Shown here in pieces: positions 1 to 8,223 of a stretch of 64,000 bases of DNA (position 1 is its first letter; each line of letters opens with the position of its first letter). Under the pieces are notes generated by a model. That model did no database searches. It was not told the DNA's origin and saw nothing but the letters and a program-made list of their open reading frames with translations. The stretch comes from an uncultured Ignavibacteria bacterium. GTDB taxonomy: Bacteria; Bacteroidota; Ignavibacteria; UBA10030; UBA6906. Position numbers and translations under genes: made by a program. The stretch lies in the NCBI GenBank assembly GCA_963780165.1, contig CAWABB010000001.1, positions 1,816,556 through 1,880,555 of the forward strand, read 5' to 3'.

Positions 1-933
1 TTCCTTCAGGTATTCTCTGTCGATGTGCGTGTAGATCTGCGTGGTCGAAATGTCCGAGTGCCCCAGCATTTCCTGCACCGCACGGAGGTCCGCACCCCCT
101 TCCAGGAGATGTGTCGCGAACGAATGGCGGAACGTGTGGGGGTGCACGTCTTTGTCGATCTTCGCGCGCGTGCTGTACGTCTGCACGATCTTCCAGATCG
201 CCATGCGCGTCATCGGCCGGCCACGGGCATTCAGAAACAGCACGTCGGTCGACTGCCCGGAGCGGCGAAGGAGCGGGCGACACTCGGATGCGTACCGCCG
301 GATCCAGGTCAGCGCGGACGAACCCACCGGTACAAGGCGCTCTTTTCTCCCTTTTCCATACACCCGAACCGTGCCGTCGTCCGCCTGGATATCCGACCGT
401 CTCAGGCTGAGAAGCTCCGACACGCGGATCCCGGTGGCATACAGCACCTCCAGGACGGTCCGGTCGCGGAGCCAGAGATTGCGCACGTCCTTCGCCGTCG
501 GTGCAGGCTGCTGCAGGATGCTGTCGACTTCCGTGGTGGTCAGGACATCGGGGAGCTGCCGGGAAAGTTTCGGCGGATCGAGTGTCTCGGTCGGGTTCGT
601 TCGCGCGGCGCCATCCCCGACGAGGAACTTGTGAAAGCCGCGGATGGCAGAGAAACTTCGCGTGATGGAGCGGGGCGACAGCCCGCTCTTGCGGAGCGAC
701 CGAAGGAACCGCGCGGTGTGCTCTTCGGACACCTGGTCGGGAGATGTCACCTGCGCGTCTTCCAGAAACCGCACGTACCGGTCGAGATCGAGCCGATACG
801 ATGCAATGGTATTTGGCGACGCGTTCTTCTGCAGTTGCAGGTAGTGGAGATATTGCAGGCAGTACTGATTCACGGGGATTCGCGGGAGATCATTCCTGGC
901 CGCGAGCGGGGATTGGTTCCTCGCCCTGGTCAT
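1..933 (-). CDS. Tyrosine site-specific recombinase, XerC/XerD family. The C-terminus runs off the window start.
   Basis: Reverse complement of nt 1-100 translates to RGGADLRAVQEMLGHSDISTTQIYTHIDREYLKE, the XerC/D catalytic R...HxxR...Y region. The N-terminus (YLHYLQLQKNASPNTIASYRLDLD) lies near 800-933, with an ATG at 931-933. The gene is absent from the ORF track because its stop lies outside the window. Confidence 0.85.
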   Translation of the reverse strand, partial: MTRARNQSPLAARNDLPRIPVNQYCLQYLHYLQLQKNASPNTIASYRLDLDRYVRFLEDAQVTSPDQVSEEHTARFLRSLRKSGLSPRSITRSFSAIRGFHKFLVGDGAARTNPTETLDPPKLSRQLPDVLTTTEVDSILQQPAPTAKDVRNLWLRDRTVLEVLYATGIRVSELLSLRRSDIQADDGTVRVYGKGRKERLVPVGSSALTWIRRYASECRPLLRRSGQSTDVLFLNARGRPMTRMAIWKIVQTYSTRAKIDKDVHPHTFRHSFATHLLEGGADLRAVQEMLGHSDISTTQIYTHIDREYLKE

Positions 934-3187
934 CGCGCCGCTGCGCCGAAGAGGACGCGCGCCGCACGCGCTTTCGCGGCTCGACGTCGGGATACTTCAC
1001 GCGCGTGTGATAGATGCCAACCAGGACGTTCACGAACGCTTCCTTGACCTTCGTGATGTCCTGCAGCGTTAACGGGCACTCATCCAGCTCACCCTGTTCC
1101 ACGCGCCGCTTCACAACGTCGTCCACAAGATCGGTGATGCGTTGCGGCGTCGGCTCTTCGATCGTCCTGACTGCCGCCTCGATCGCGTCCGCAAGCATCA
1201 TAATCCCGGTTTCTCGGGTCTGCGGCTTCGGTCCGGGATAGCGGTAATCCTGCTCCTTGATCTCGTCGATCTTTGTTTCGTCGTCGGACTGGCGCGCCAC
1301 CTCCAGCGCCTTCGAGTAGAAGAAGTCCATCCGCGTGGTGCCGTGGTGCATCGGGATGAATTCGATCACCTCTTCCGGGAGCTTGTAGTCGCGGGCCAGT
1401 GCCATCCCCTCCTTCACATGGGCCGCGATGATGAGCGAGCTCATGCGCGGCGCAAGCTTGTCGTGCCTGCTGCGGGAGGTCTTCTGATTCTCGACGAAGT
1501 ACGTCGGCTTGATAATCTTCCCGATATCGTGGAAGTATGCGCCGACGCGCGCAAGCGTTGCATTGGCTCCGATCGTTGCGGCCCCCGCCTCAGCCAGGCT
1601 GGCCATGGTCATACTGTGGTGGTAGGTGCCGGGCGCCTTCTCGGCAAGCTGGCGGAGCAGCGGGTGGTTGAACTGCACCAGCTCCAGCAGCGTCAGGTCG
1701 GTCGTGAGCCGGAACGTCTTCTCGATGAAGATCAACAGACCGTATGTCAGCACCGGAGAAATGATGGCGTTGGACGCGGCGAACGCGAGCTGCTGGAGGA
1801 GCAGCCCGAGCGGCTCGCTCCGCGCAAAACCCAGCGCGACGATCGCCAGCCCGTATCCCAGGAAGATGAAGCCCAGAGAGTGGAAGATCTGGGTGCGGTT
1901 CTTCATGTCCCGTACCGTGTAGACCGACAGCGCGCCAGCGACGAGCGAGGCCAGGGCGATGCCGTAATCGTTCCCCCAGATGCCAGCGACGATGAACGAA
2001 AGGATCACCGTCCCGTAAAACCCGACGCGCGAATCGAAGAAGATCGTCAAGAGCATTGAGGCCGCGGGCACGACGATGAGATACTCCACCGGCGCCTTGA
2101 CATGCAGCATCCTGAGCGCCCAGGCGGCGGTCCCGGCAAGGAGCATGATCAGCGCAATCAAGGCGAGCTTTCGTGTTCTGCCCACGATGCGCTTTCTGAA
2201 CAGGAATAGATAGATCCCGTAGAGCGTGACGAGGAGTGCGACGTGCAGCGCGGAGCCGATGATCTGGAGCGGTGTGTCGGTGGCGGGGCCCCGGTCCACA
2301 CGGGCCCGGTTGAACGAATCGAGCTTCAGCTTGATCTCGGGCGTGATGCGGTCGTGCTCGGAGACAATGCGCTCGTTCTCCTGCACGAACCCGGTCGTGC
2401 GCGGAACGGCATCGACGGCGGCAGCGGCGGCAAGCGCTGTGGCGGTGTCGTTGAACACCAGGCTCGGCAGAATGTCCGTGATGATGATCTTGTACGCCTG
2501 GCTGCGCAGGCCCGCTGGCAACCGGCCTTCAGCGTCCAATCGTCTGTCGAGGCGCTCGGCGAGATCCCCGCGGTCCAGGAACCGGCTGAGCGGAACAATC
2601 TCTTCGGTCTTGCCGCGCCGGAGCGCAATGTCGGTCCTCTCGAGCTGCGTCTTCGAGCGGTCGAGGACTCCAGTCTGGAGAAATTCTGTCCCGATCGCGG
2701 CAACCGTGCTTTCTAGGACCGCCATGCGCCCGCGGACGTAGATTCCGCGCAGATCCCGCCACTCCTGATCCGTGAACCGCACATCGAGGCCGGAGCTCGA
2801 GGCGCTGAAGGCGAGCGTATCGCCCGCAGGGATGCGGAGCGTAGAATCCAGACGGGAGAACACTCGTGCAATTGCGGCGCGATAGTGCGCCGGCGCGGTC
2901 GAATCACGTTCAAAGACGGGATAGACGGAACGGCGTGCTTCAGCCACGTCCTGTGCGTACTCCTGCTCGTCGCGGTTGATCGGAAAGGAGAAGGGGGCGA
3001 TAAGATCGCGCTGGGCCCAGATAGCCCCGACGCGCGCATCGACTTCGATCTGTTCTCCCCGGGGGAACATCAGCCCGAGAAGGACGATCAGCCCGAGAGC
3101 GATGCTGAGTTTGGCCGCATCAGACCTGACGAGGTGCAGGCCGCGAAAGCGGCGGCCCAGAGCGAGGAGGGGATATTCATCGGCCAT
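890..3187 (-). CDS. 7TM receptor with intracellular HD/HDIG phosphohydrolase domain (7TMR-HD family).
   Basis: 765 aa. It has an N-terminal extracytoplasmic region, a block of about 7 TM helices, and a C-terminal HD domain (HHSMTMASLAEAG...YFHDIGK...HHG). The start ATG is at 3185-3187. Confidence 0.8.
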   Translation of the reverse strand: MADEYPLLALGRRFRGLHLVRSDAAKLSIALGLIVLLGLMFPRGEQIEVDARVGAIWAQRDLIAPFSFPINRDEQEYAQDVAEARRSVYPVFERDSTAPAHYRAAIARVFSRLDSTLRIPAGDTLAFSASSSGLDVRFTDQEWRDLRGIYVRGRMAVLESTVAAIGTEFLQTGVLDRSKTQLERTDIALRRGKTEEIVPLSRFLDRGDLAERLDRRLDAEGRLPAGLRSQAYKIIITDILPSLVFNDTATALAAAAAVDAVPRTTGFVQENERIVSEHDRITPEIKLKLDSFNRARVDRGPATDTPLQIIGSALHVALLVTLYGIYLFLFRKRIVGRTRKLALIALIMLLAGTAAWALRMLHVKAPVEYLIVVPAASMLLTIFFDSRVGFYGTVILSFIVAGIWGNDYGIALASLVAGALSVYTVRDMKNRTQIFHSLGFIFLGYGLAIVALGFARSEPLGLLLQQLAFAASNAIISPVLTYGLLIFIEKTFRLTTDLTLLELVQFNHPLLRQLAEKAPGTYHHSMTMASLAEAGAATIGANATLARVGAYFHDIGKIIKPTYFVENQKTSRSRHDKLAPRMSSLIIAAHVKEGMALARDYKLPEEVIEFIPMHHGTTRMDFFYSKALEVARQSDDETKIDEIKEQDYRYPGPKPQTRETGIMMLADAIEAAVRTIEEPTPQRITDLVDDVVKRRVEQGELDECPLTLQDITKVKEAFVNVLVGIYHTRVKYPDVEPRKRVRRASSSAQRRDDQGEEPIPARGQE

Positions 3188-3242
3188 GCGGACGGGCAGA
3201 CATTATGTAAACAAATAAACTAAGAACGCGCGCCAGAGTCAA

Positions 3243-3284
3243 TCAGAAATGCGAAGCCCCGTCCTGCTGACGCCGGCCGGGGCT
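3243..3284 (-). terminator. Candidate rho-independent terminator downstream of the cytochrome/Cyc2 operon.
   Basis: AGCCCCG...CGGGGCT forms a 7-bp GC stem (3255-3261 / 3278-3284). On the minus-strand transcript it is followed by a U-rich run (UCGCAUUUCUGAUU). It sits 30 nt after the stop of the 3316..3753 gene. The loop is long, so the call is weak. Confidence 0.35.
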
Positions 3285-3315
3285 CCTGGTGCCAATGTTT
3301 CAGACCCTGACACGG

Positions 3316-3753
3316 TCAGTTGTTCTTCGCCCCCTGATTCACCCACTCGGTGATGATGCCGATGTCCCCGTCCGACAATGGCTTGATCGGCTCCTTCTTC
3401 CGCTTCTTGCGGGGATCAAAGGGCATCCGGTCGCCGAACGGCGGATTCTCCAGAAGCTTCTGCACGAAGACGCTCTCCGATGCCTTCCCCGGCTTAACCA
3501 AATCTCCGTGTTTCCCGCCTTTCATCAGCAGATCATACGAGTCGAGCGACAGCTCGCTCGGATTAAACTGCTCCTCCGCATGGCACGGCATGCAGTTCCT
3601 GCTGATGATCGGGACGATGTCTTGCGAGAATGATACGGGCGGGCGGACCTTCGGAGTATCCACTCTTTCCACGCCCTTCTCCTGCGCCCGCGCAGCAACC
3701 GCCCAGCCCACCACGAGCAGCGCCAACACACACCAACGATGACGTTCTCTCAA
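3316..3753 (-). CDS. Periplasmic monohaem c-type cytochrome, PSCyt1-like domain.
   Basis: It has a signal peptide (MRERHRWCVLALLVVGWAVAARA) and a single CXXCH motif (CMPCH). The C-terminus shows the pattern ...GG.HGDLVKPG...S.....L....FGDRMPF...LSDGDIGIITEWVNQGA, which resembles the Planctomycete-type cytochrome c (PSCyt1) domain. It is a paralogue of the C-terminus of the 4979..5683 gene. Confidence 0.7.
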   Translation of the reverse strand: MRERHRWCVLALLVVGWAVAARAQEKGVERVDTPKVRPPVSFSQDIVPIISRNCMPCHAEEQFNPSELSLDSYDLLMKGGKHGDLVKPGKASESVFVQKLLENPPFGDRMPFDPRKKRKKEPIKPLSDGDIGIITEWVNQGAKNN

Positions 3754-3764
3754 CGCGCCCTCCC

Positions 3765-4886
3765 TTACAGGTAAAAGTGAAGCATGATGTGAAACTCGTT
3801 GTTGGAGTAGTTCTCCGGCTCCTCCACGACCACGCGATACATCGGACGGACCTCTACGCCGCTCACGGGGAAAAATTCCACCCCGAAACTGTAGCGCGAC
3901 ATCGCGCCATCCTTCACGTCCTTGTCCGGATCGTAGAAATCGTATGCGACCTTCAGGTCCACGCCCGGCGTGACGACGTAGTTGGCCTCGGCGTATGCCA
4001 CGTAGCCGGTAACGGTCCCCGACGGATGTTTCGTCTGGATCATGTCCCCCTCGCCGAACAGCGTGAAGTCTCCGATGCTGAACGACCCAACGCCGCCGAA
4101 GAGATTCTGCGTCACGTCGCCCGAGGTCGTCGTCCCGAACATGTTCGCCCCCAGGCCGAGATGCATGTCTTTCCCAAGCTCGAAGAGACCGTCGGCCCTG
4201 ACCAGGTATGCCTTGCTGTTCCCCGTCGCGGCGCCGAAGCCGTCCTGCGCGTTGTACACCCCTGCAAACGCGGAGAACCAGCCGGGCGACACTCCCGCCT
4301 CGAGGCCCGTCAGCTCAGGCCGCGGGCTGGATTCCGGACTGAACCCCGTGTAGTGGCGGATGTAGGCCGTATGGTCGTCGAGGCGCGTACCAAAGTTCGG
4401 GACAAACTTTCCGACCTTCACGTGCCCGGCGGCCGGCAGCTGGGAGACCATGCCGAACAACTCAAAGCCACTGTAGAGGCCCTTTTCGAAATAGACGTTC
4501 ACCCTCTTGGCGAGCTTGAAGTTGAGGTACAGATCCCCCTGCATCTCCCAGAACGCGTTGCTGTTCTTCCCGGATGAGCCACCGGTGTCCGGCAGCTGCA
4601 CATAATAATAGAGCGTCCGCACGTCCACGCCGACTCCGACGAAGTTCGTGAGCAGCGTCGTAAAGTCTTCGATCTCCATGTCTGTGCCCCACTCCGGAAC
4701 CGGGAGCGTTTCCCGGCCGTACTGCGCACCAAACAGCTGCCGCATGCCGGCACCGGACGGGTTCACGTGACACGACTGGCACTTCGCGCCCGTCCTGCTC
4801 GAAAACCGCGGCAGGGCGGCAGCCTGGTTGAGCATGAACATCGCGCCAACCACAACGAGAGAAAGACAACGAAGCAGCACGCGCAT
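3765..4886 (-). CDS. cyc2: Cyc2-like fused monohaem cytochrome c / outer-membrane beta-barrel porin.
   Basis: It has a signal peptide (MRVLLRCLSLVVVGAMFMLNQAAA) followed by a single CXXCH (AKCQSCH) within 20 residues of the mature N-terminus. About 340 aa then follow with alternating hydrophobic beta-strand patterns rich in G/Y/F, ending ...IMLHFYL. Size (about 373 aa) and architecture match Cyc2-type iron-oxidase porin-cytochromes. The ATG is at 4884-4886 with an AAGGGA ribosome-binding site upstream. Confidence 0.6.
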   Translation of the reverse strand: MRVLLRCLSLVVVGAMFMLNQAAALPRFSSRTGAKCQSCHVNPSGAGMRQLFGAQYGRETLPVPEWGTDMEIEDFTTLLTNFVGVGVDVRTLYYYVQLPDTGGSSGKNSNAFWEMQGDLYLNFKLAKRVNVYFEKGLYSGFELFGMVSQLPAAGHVKVGKFVPNFGTRLDDHTAYIRHYTGFSPESSPRPELTGLEAGVSPGWFSAFAGVYNAQDGFGAATGNSKAYLVRADGLFELGKDMHLGLGANMFGTTTSGDVTQNLFGGVGSFSIGDFTLFGEGDMIQTKHPSGTVTGYVAYAEANYVVTPGVDLKVAYDFYDPDKDVKDGAMSRYSFGVEFFPVSGVEVRPMYRVVVEEPENYSNNEFHIMLHFYL

Positions 4887-4978
4887 GGTCGTCCCTTTCG
4901 GTCCTGGAGGTGGAATGCACGACACGGGAGGCGGGGAAATATACCTACCCCCCGTGTGTGATTCAACACAACCGACCA

Positions 4979-5683
4979 CTAGTTATTCAGCGCGCCCTGA
5001 TCGACCCAGGTACGGATGGTCGTGATACTCGCGTCCGGCAGGAACGGACCGCCCTGCGGCATGCGGGCACCGAAAGGCGGGTTCGGTGAGATCTTCTTCA
5101 CGAGGTTCGAGCCGGCTCCATCGCCAGGCACGATGGCCGGTCCATGGTTGCCGCCTCTGAGCAGGTCGGCAACCGTTTCCACCGTCAGCCCGTTGGTGCC
5201 GCCGTGGCACCCTGTGCAGCCGTGCTGCACCAGCAACGGGTGAACATCCTGCGAGAAGGAGACCTGTGTCGTCCCCGCCTGAACCGTTACTCCGACGGCA
5301 TTCGAGTTCGCGGAGATCCCGCCCGCCGTCACGGCGCGCACACGATAAAAGTAGCGCGCGCCGGTGGTGAGCCCGGTGATCGTGAGGGAGGTCGCAATTC
5401 CGGCGTCGCGGTTGTTGTAGCCGGCAAGGAACGAGCCGAACAGCGAATCCTGAGAGACGTCGAGGCGATAACCCGTAGCCCCGCTGACGGCGCTCCACCT
5501 TGCGGTGAAGCTTGAATCGGTGACGCCCGTCGGCGAGCCGGCGGTGGGGACGCCGGTGTCGGGCGGAGTAGCGGGGTTGGTGCCCGAATCGCTGCACCCC
5601 GCTGCCAGCAGCATCAGTCCGGCCATTGCTGCCAGAAGCGGGGACGCAGTCGTCGACCCGGCGGAGGATCGAACGATGAACAT
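4979..5683 (-). CDS. Lipoprotein with an FN3-like domain fused to a C-terminal monohaem cytochrome c (PSCyt1-like).
   Basis: Lipobox LLAAGC. The central part has a fibronectin-III-like segment (...GYRLDVSQD...TGLTTGARYFYRVRAVTAGG). The C-terminus has CTGCH plus ...GG.HGPAIVPGDGAGSNLVKKI...FGARMP...ITTIRTWVDQGA, homologous to the 3316..3753 gene. The ATG at 5681-5683 lies 17 nt after the CHRD gene stop. Confidence 0.7.
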   Translation of the reverse strand: MFIVRSSAGSTTASPLLAAMAGLMLLAAGCSDSGTNPATPPDTGVPTAGSPTGVTDSSFTARWSAVSGATGYRLDVSQDSLFGSFLAGYNNRDAGIATSLTITGLTTGARYFYRVRAVTAGGISANSNAVGVTVQAGTTQVSFSQDVHPLLVQHGCTGCHGGTNGLTVETVADLLRGGNHGPAIVPGDGAGSNLVKKISPNPPFGARMPQGGPFLPDASITTIRTWVDQGALNN

Positions 5684-5699
5684 GTGGTGGTGCCTCCTG

Positions 5700-7616
5700 T
5701 TATTTGAGTATGAGCATGCGTTTCGTGAGCGATGGGCCGCTGCCCGCATCCAGCCTGTAGAAATAGACGCCGCTGGAAAGTCCGCGCGCGTCAAAGGTGG
5801 CCAGGTAGGTCCCGGCCGGGCGCACGTCATCAACAAGTGTCGCGACCTCCTGCCCGAGCAGACTGTACACCTTCAGCGACACCCGACCGGGCTCCGGAAC
5901 CTGGAAGCGGATCGAGGTTGACGGATTGAAGGGGTTGGGATAGTTCTGATCCAGCGAAAAGGCTGACGGTAGAGCCTCCTCAACCGGCGCAACGGATGTC
6001 ACCGCGTCTGAACCGAAACGCACCTGTCCGCGGATCTCACCTCCCGGATGGGCGGCCGTATGGAAGTTAGCATAGATGCGACCAGCCAGCAAGGAATCCA
6101 CGAGCGCCCGGGTCAACGGCTGCGACGGGCTGTTCGTGGACCAGTTGTCCGCAATCGTTGCCGACGCAGGATCGCTTGCCCCGGCAATGTTCCGCACCAC
6201 GGGCCCGTTCACACCGACCGGCGCCGCATGGAAGTGCCCGCCGATCGAAAGCGGTCCGGAGAGGCCATAGTACGTAATTGCATAGCCAATGTCTTGACGT
6301 TCCGCATTCAGCACCACGGATCCCGCCCCGCGCCCCGCGGTTGCGACGGCAGGAACTTCCTGATCCCCGTCAAGCATGATGGTGAACCCCACGCCGGTGG
6401 TGAGATGCACCTGGTCTCTGATTTCGCCGGCCGGGTTCGCCGTCGTGTGGAAGTTTACGTAGATCCTCCCTGCCAGCAGCGCCTCCACCAGCGCGACTGT
6501 CAGCGGCTGGGAGTCGGTGGTCGTCCACGTCCCTGCATACGTGGCAGAAGCAGGGCCGCCGCCATTCGCTACACCGCGCACGACCGGCCCGGATTGCCCC
6601 TGATCGCCCGTATGGAAGTGTCCGCCGGCGGTCAGCGGCCCGGTCAGGCCGAAGTAGGTAATCTCGTAGCGCAATTCATTCCGCGCATCGTTCAGCGTGA
6701 ACGACCCGGCCCCTTTCCCGTCTGCGGTCACCGTCCCGGGTTCGTTAGAAGCTTCGAGCCACGAGAAGAAGCTCGTGCCGCCCTGGAGTTCGAGCTGGCC
6801 CCGGATCTCCCCTCCGGGATTCGCGGCGGTATGGAAGTTCACGTAGAGGCGCCCGGCAATGAGCGAATCCGCGAGCGCCGGTGTGAGCGGCGTGCTGTCC
6901 GTGAACTTCCAGCTTCCCTTGATGGCGTCCGCTGCGGGACCCCCGCCCGACGCGATTCCGAGCGCCACGGGCCCCGATACCCCACGAGCCCCCGTATGAA
7001 TGTGGCCGCCCGCACTGAGTGAGCCGCTCAGGTCGCGATAGGCCAGGTAGTAATCGAGCTGCGATCTGTTTGGAGATAGGATGAATACGCCCGTCCCCAT
7101 GGCGTCGGTCGTCACAGGATTCGGTTCCTGCGCCCCGGAGAGGTGCGCGGTGAAGTGCAGGGCTGTCGCAAGCGTGACCTGGCCCCGGATTTCGCCCGCC
7201 GGATTTGAGTTTGTATGGAAATTCACGTAGACCCGGCCGGTGAGCAACGACTCAACAAGTGCCGGTGTGAGCGGCTCTGTGTCGGTGCTCCGCCAGACTC
7301 CCGTGATGATCCCCGACGGCGCCGCCCCCGCCTCTGCAATGCCTCGCATGGCGGCGCCGTTTGTTCCCGGGGACCCCACGTGAAAATGCCCGCCCACCGA
7401 GAGCGCGCCTGTCAGCCCCTGATAGGAGATCACATACGCAAGCTCGGTGAACGTCTCATTCAGCGAGAACGAACCTGAGCCCGTCCCTGTGACGGCGGAG
7501 GGGGGAACGCTCTGCGCGCCGTTCAGCGTTGCCGAAAAGTGGATCTGCGCGTTCGCCGGGCCCGCCCCAGCAAGCACGAGAGCGATCAGCACCATGGTGT
7601 ATCGGAATCGAGTCAT
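5700..7616 (-). CDS. T9SS-secreted protein with four tandem CHRD domains.
   Basis: It has a signal peptide. Four modules of about 150 aa each carry the CHRD signature (GGH[FI]H.G..G..GPV...I.......G.W...D..PLT.ALV..LL.GR.YVNFHT..[NH]P.GEIRGQ). The C-terminus (NYPNPFNPSTSIRFQVPEPGRVSLKVYSLLGQEVATLVD...GVYFYRL) is a Por/T9SS C-terminal sorting domain. Confidence 0.8.
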   Translation of the reverse strand: MTRFRYTMVLIALVLAGAGPANAQIHFSATLNGAQSVPPSAVTGTGSGSFSLNETFTELAYVISYQGLTGALSVGGHFHVGSPGTNGAAMRGIAEAGAAPSGIITGVWRSTDTEPLTPALVESLLTGRVYVNFHTNSNPAGEIRGQVTLATALHFTAHLSGAQEPNPVTTDAMGTGVFILSPNRSQLDYYLAYRDLSGSLSAGGHIHTGARGVSGPVALGIASGGGPAADAIKGSWKFTDSTPLTPALADSLIAGRLYVNFHTAANPGGEIRGQLELQGGTSFFSWLEASNEPGTVTADGKGAGSFTLNDARNELRYEITYFGLTGPLTAGGHFHTGDQGQSGPVVRGVANGGGPASATYAGTWTTTDSQPLTVALVEALLAGRIYVNFHTTANPAGEIRDQVHLTTGVGFTIMLDGDQEVPAVATAGRGAGSVVLNAERQDIGYAITYYGLSGPLSIGGHFHAAPVGVNGPVVRNIAGASDPASATIADNWSTNSPSQPLTRALVDSLLAGRIYANFHTAAHPGGEIRGQVRFGSDAVTSVAPVEEALPSAFSLDQNYPNPFNPSTSIRFQVPEPGRVSLKVYSLLGQEVATLVDDVRPAGTYLATFDARGLSSGVYFYRLDAGSGPSLTKRMLILK

Positions 7617-7645
7617 GTGTGTCTCCAGTCTGGTTGCAGCTGTGG

Positions 7646-7852
7646 TTAGGCCGACCGTTTCGCGGTCGTGACCTTGAGCAATGCGTACAGCGGGCAGAAT
7701 CCGGCGGCACCCGTCACGAGCAGCACGACAGCCACGATCCCGAGGATCACGGCAGTCGGGCCGGTGAGCTGTCCACCCATGATCAACACTCCGATCGCAA
7801 GTGCGACGAGCGTCCGGATGACACGGTCCGCCGAGCCGACATTCTTTGTCAT
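7646..7852 (-). CDS. DUF2892 (YgaP-like) small inner-membrane protein.
   Basis: 68 aa with two TM helices. Conserved ADRVIR...G.......LTG..GFCPLYALL motif. It is the first gene of the operon and has a GGGGGGA ribosome-binding site. Confidence 0.65.
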   Translation of the reverse strand: MTKNVGSADRVIRTLVALAIGVLIMGGQLTGPTAVILGIVAVVLLVTGAAGFCPLYALLKVTTAKRSA

Positions 7853-7975
7853 TTCAGTCCCCCCAGAAAAAGGTTTGCGTACTGCGTTGATTCAGTTGCT
7901 GTCGCCGTCCTGATCTTCGTCGGGGAAGGCCTTCTCAAACGACCTTTTGATGTTGTCTTCGACCATCCTCGCAGG

Positions 7976-7991
7976 GTCAAGCACCGTGCCA
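7976..7991 (-). promoter_or_regulatory. Putative sigma54 (-24/-12) promoter reading toward the DUF2892/CHRD/Cyc2 operon.
   Basis: The minus strand reads TGGCACGGTGCTTGAC. This matches TGGCACG-N4-TTGMW, with GG at -24 and TTG at -12. The single mismatch is GA in place of the conserved GC. It lies about 125 bp upstream of the DUF2892 start, and a sigma54 activator is encoded adjacent. Confidence 0.45.
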
Positions 7992-8100
7992 CACCGGGAG
8001 GCGCGCAGGCCGGCATGAACATGGCGGAAATGGCTGATACGGTGCGGGTCCGGGGGGGAACGGGGATTTCAGGCCGCACCCCGGGTACGGAGATGGGCGA

Positions 8101-8128
8101 CCCGGTGTGGCGGCCGTGCCACACCGGG
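8101..8128. promoter_or_regulatory. Perfect inverted repeat CCCGGTGTGGC-N6-GCCACACCGGG, a candidate enhancer (UAS) for the adjacent NtrC-family activator.
   Basis: The arms are 11 bp with a 6-bp spacer. It lies about 115 bp upstream of the putative sigma54 promoter, relative to minus-strand transcription. The half-site GCCACACCGGG recurs at 7988-7998, overlapping the -24 element. Confidence 0.45.
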
Positions 8129-8223
8129 GAGAGGCTCAACGAAAGCCACGATGGAGCTCGCAAGAGACCGGGAGATGGTCTTTGGGAGACTGGGCTGAAG
8201 CGCGCAAAAGGCTGCGGCAGCGC

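Noticed and set aside
25-1047. 340-aa plus-strand ORF, and the overlapping 41..634 and 111..410 ORFs.
   Set aside because: They are antisense to the clearly recognizable XerC/D recombinase and to the 3' end of the HD gene. They have an Arg/Pro-rich high-GC artefact composition.
1142-3223. Plus-strand ORFs 1142..2059, 2226..2741, 2243..2716 and 2885..3223.
   Set aside because: All lie inside, and antisense to, the 7TMR-HD gene (890..3187). They have no motifs and a biased R/A/G/P composition.
6048-7022. 324-aa plus-strand ORF.
   Set aside because: It is antisense to the CHRD repeat gene. The repeat structure of the sense strand explains the open frame.
8097-8128. A second sigma54 promoter within the palindrome (TGGCAC on the minus strand).
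   Set aside because: TGGCAC is present, but there is no TTGC/-12 element at the required 5-nt spacing. It is interpreted as an activator-binding palindrome instead.
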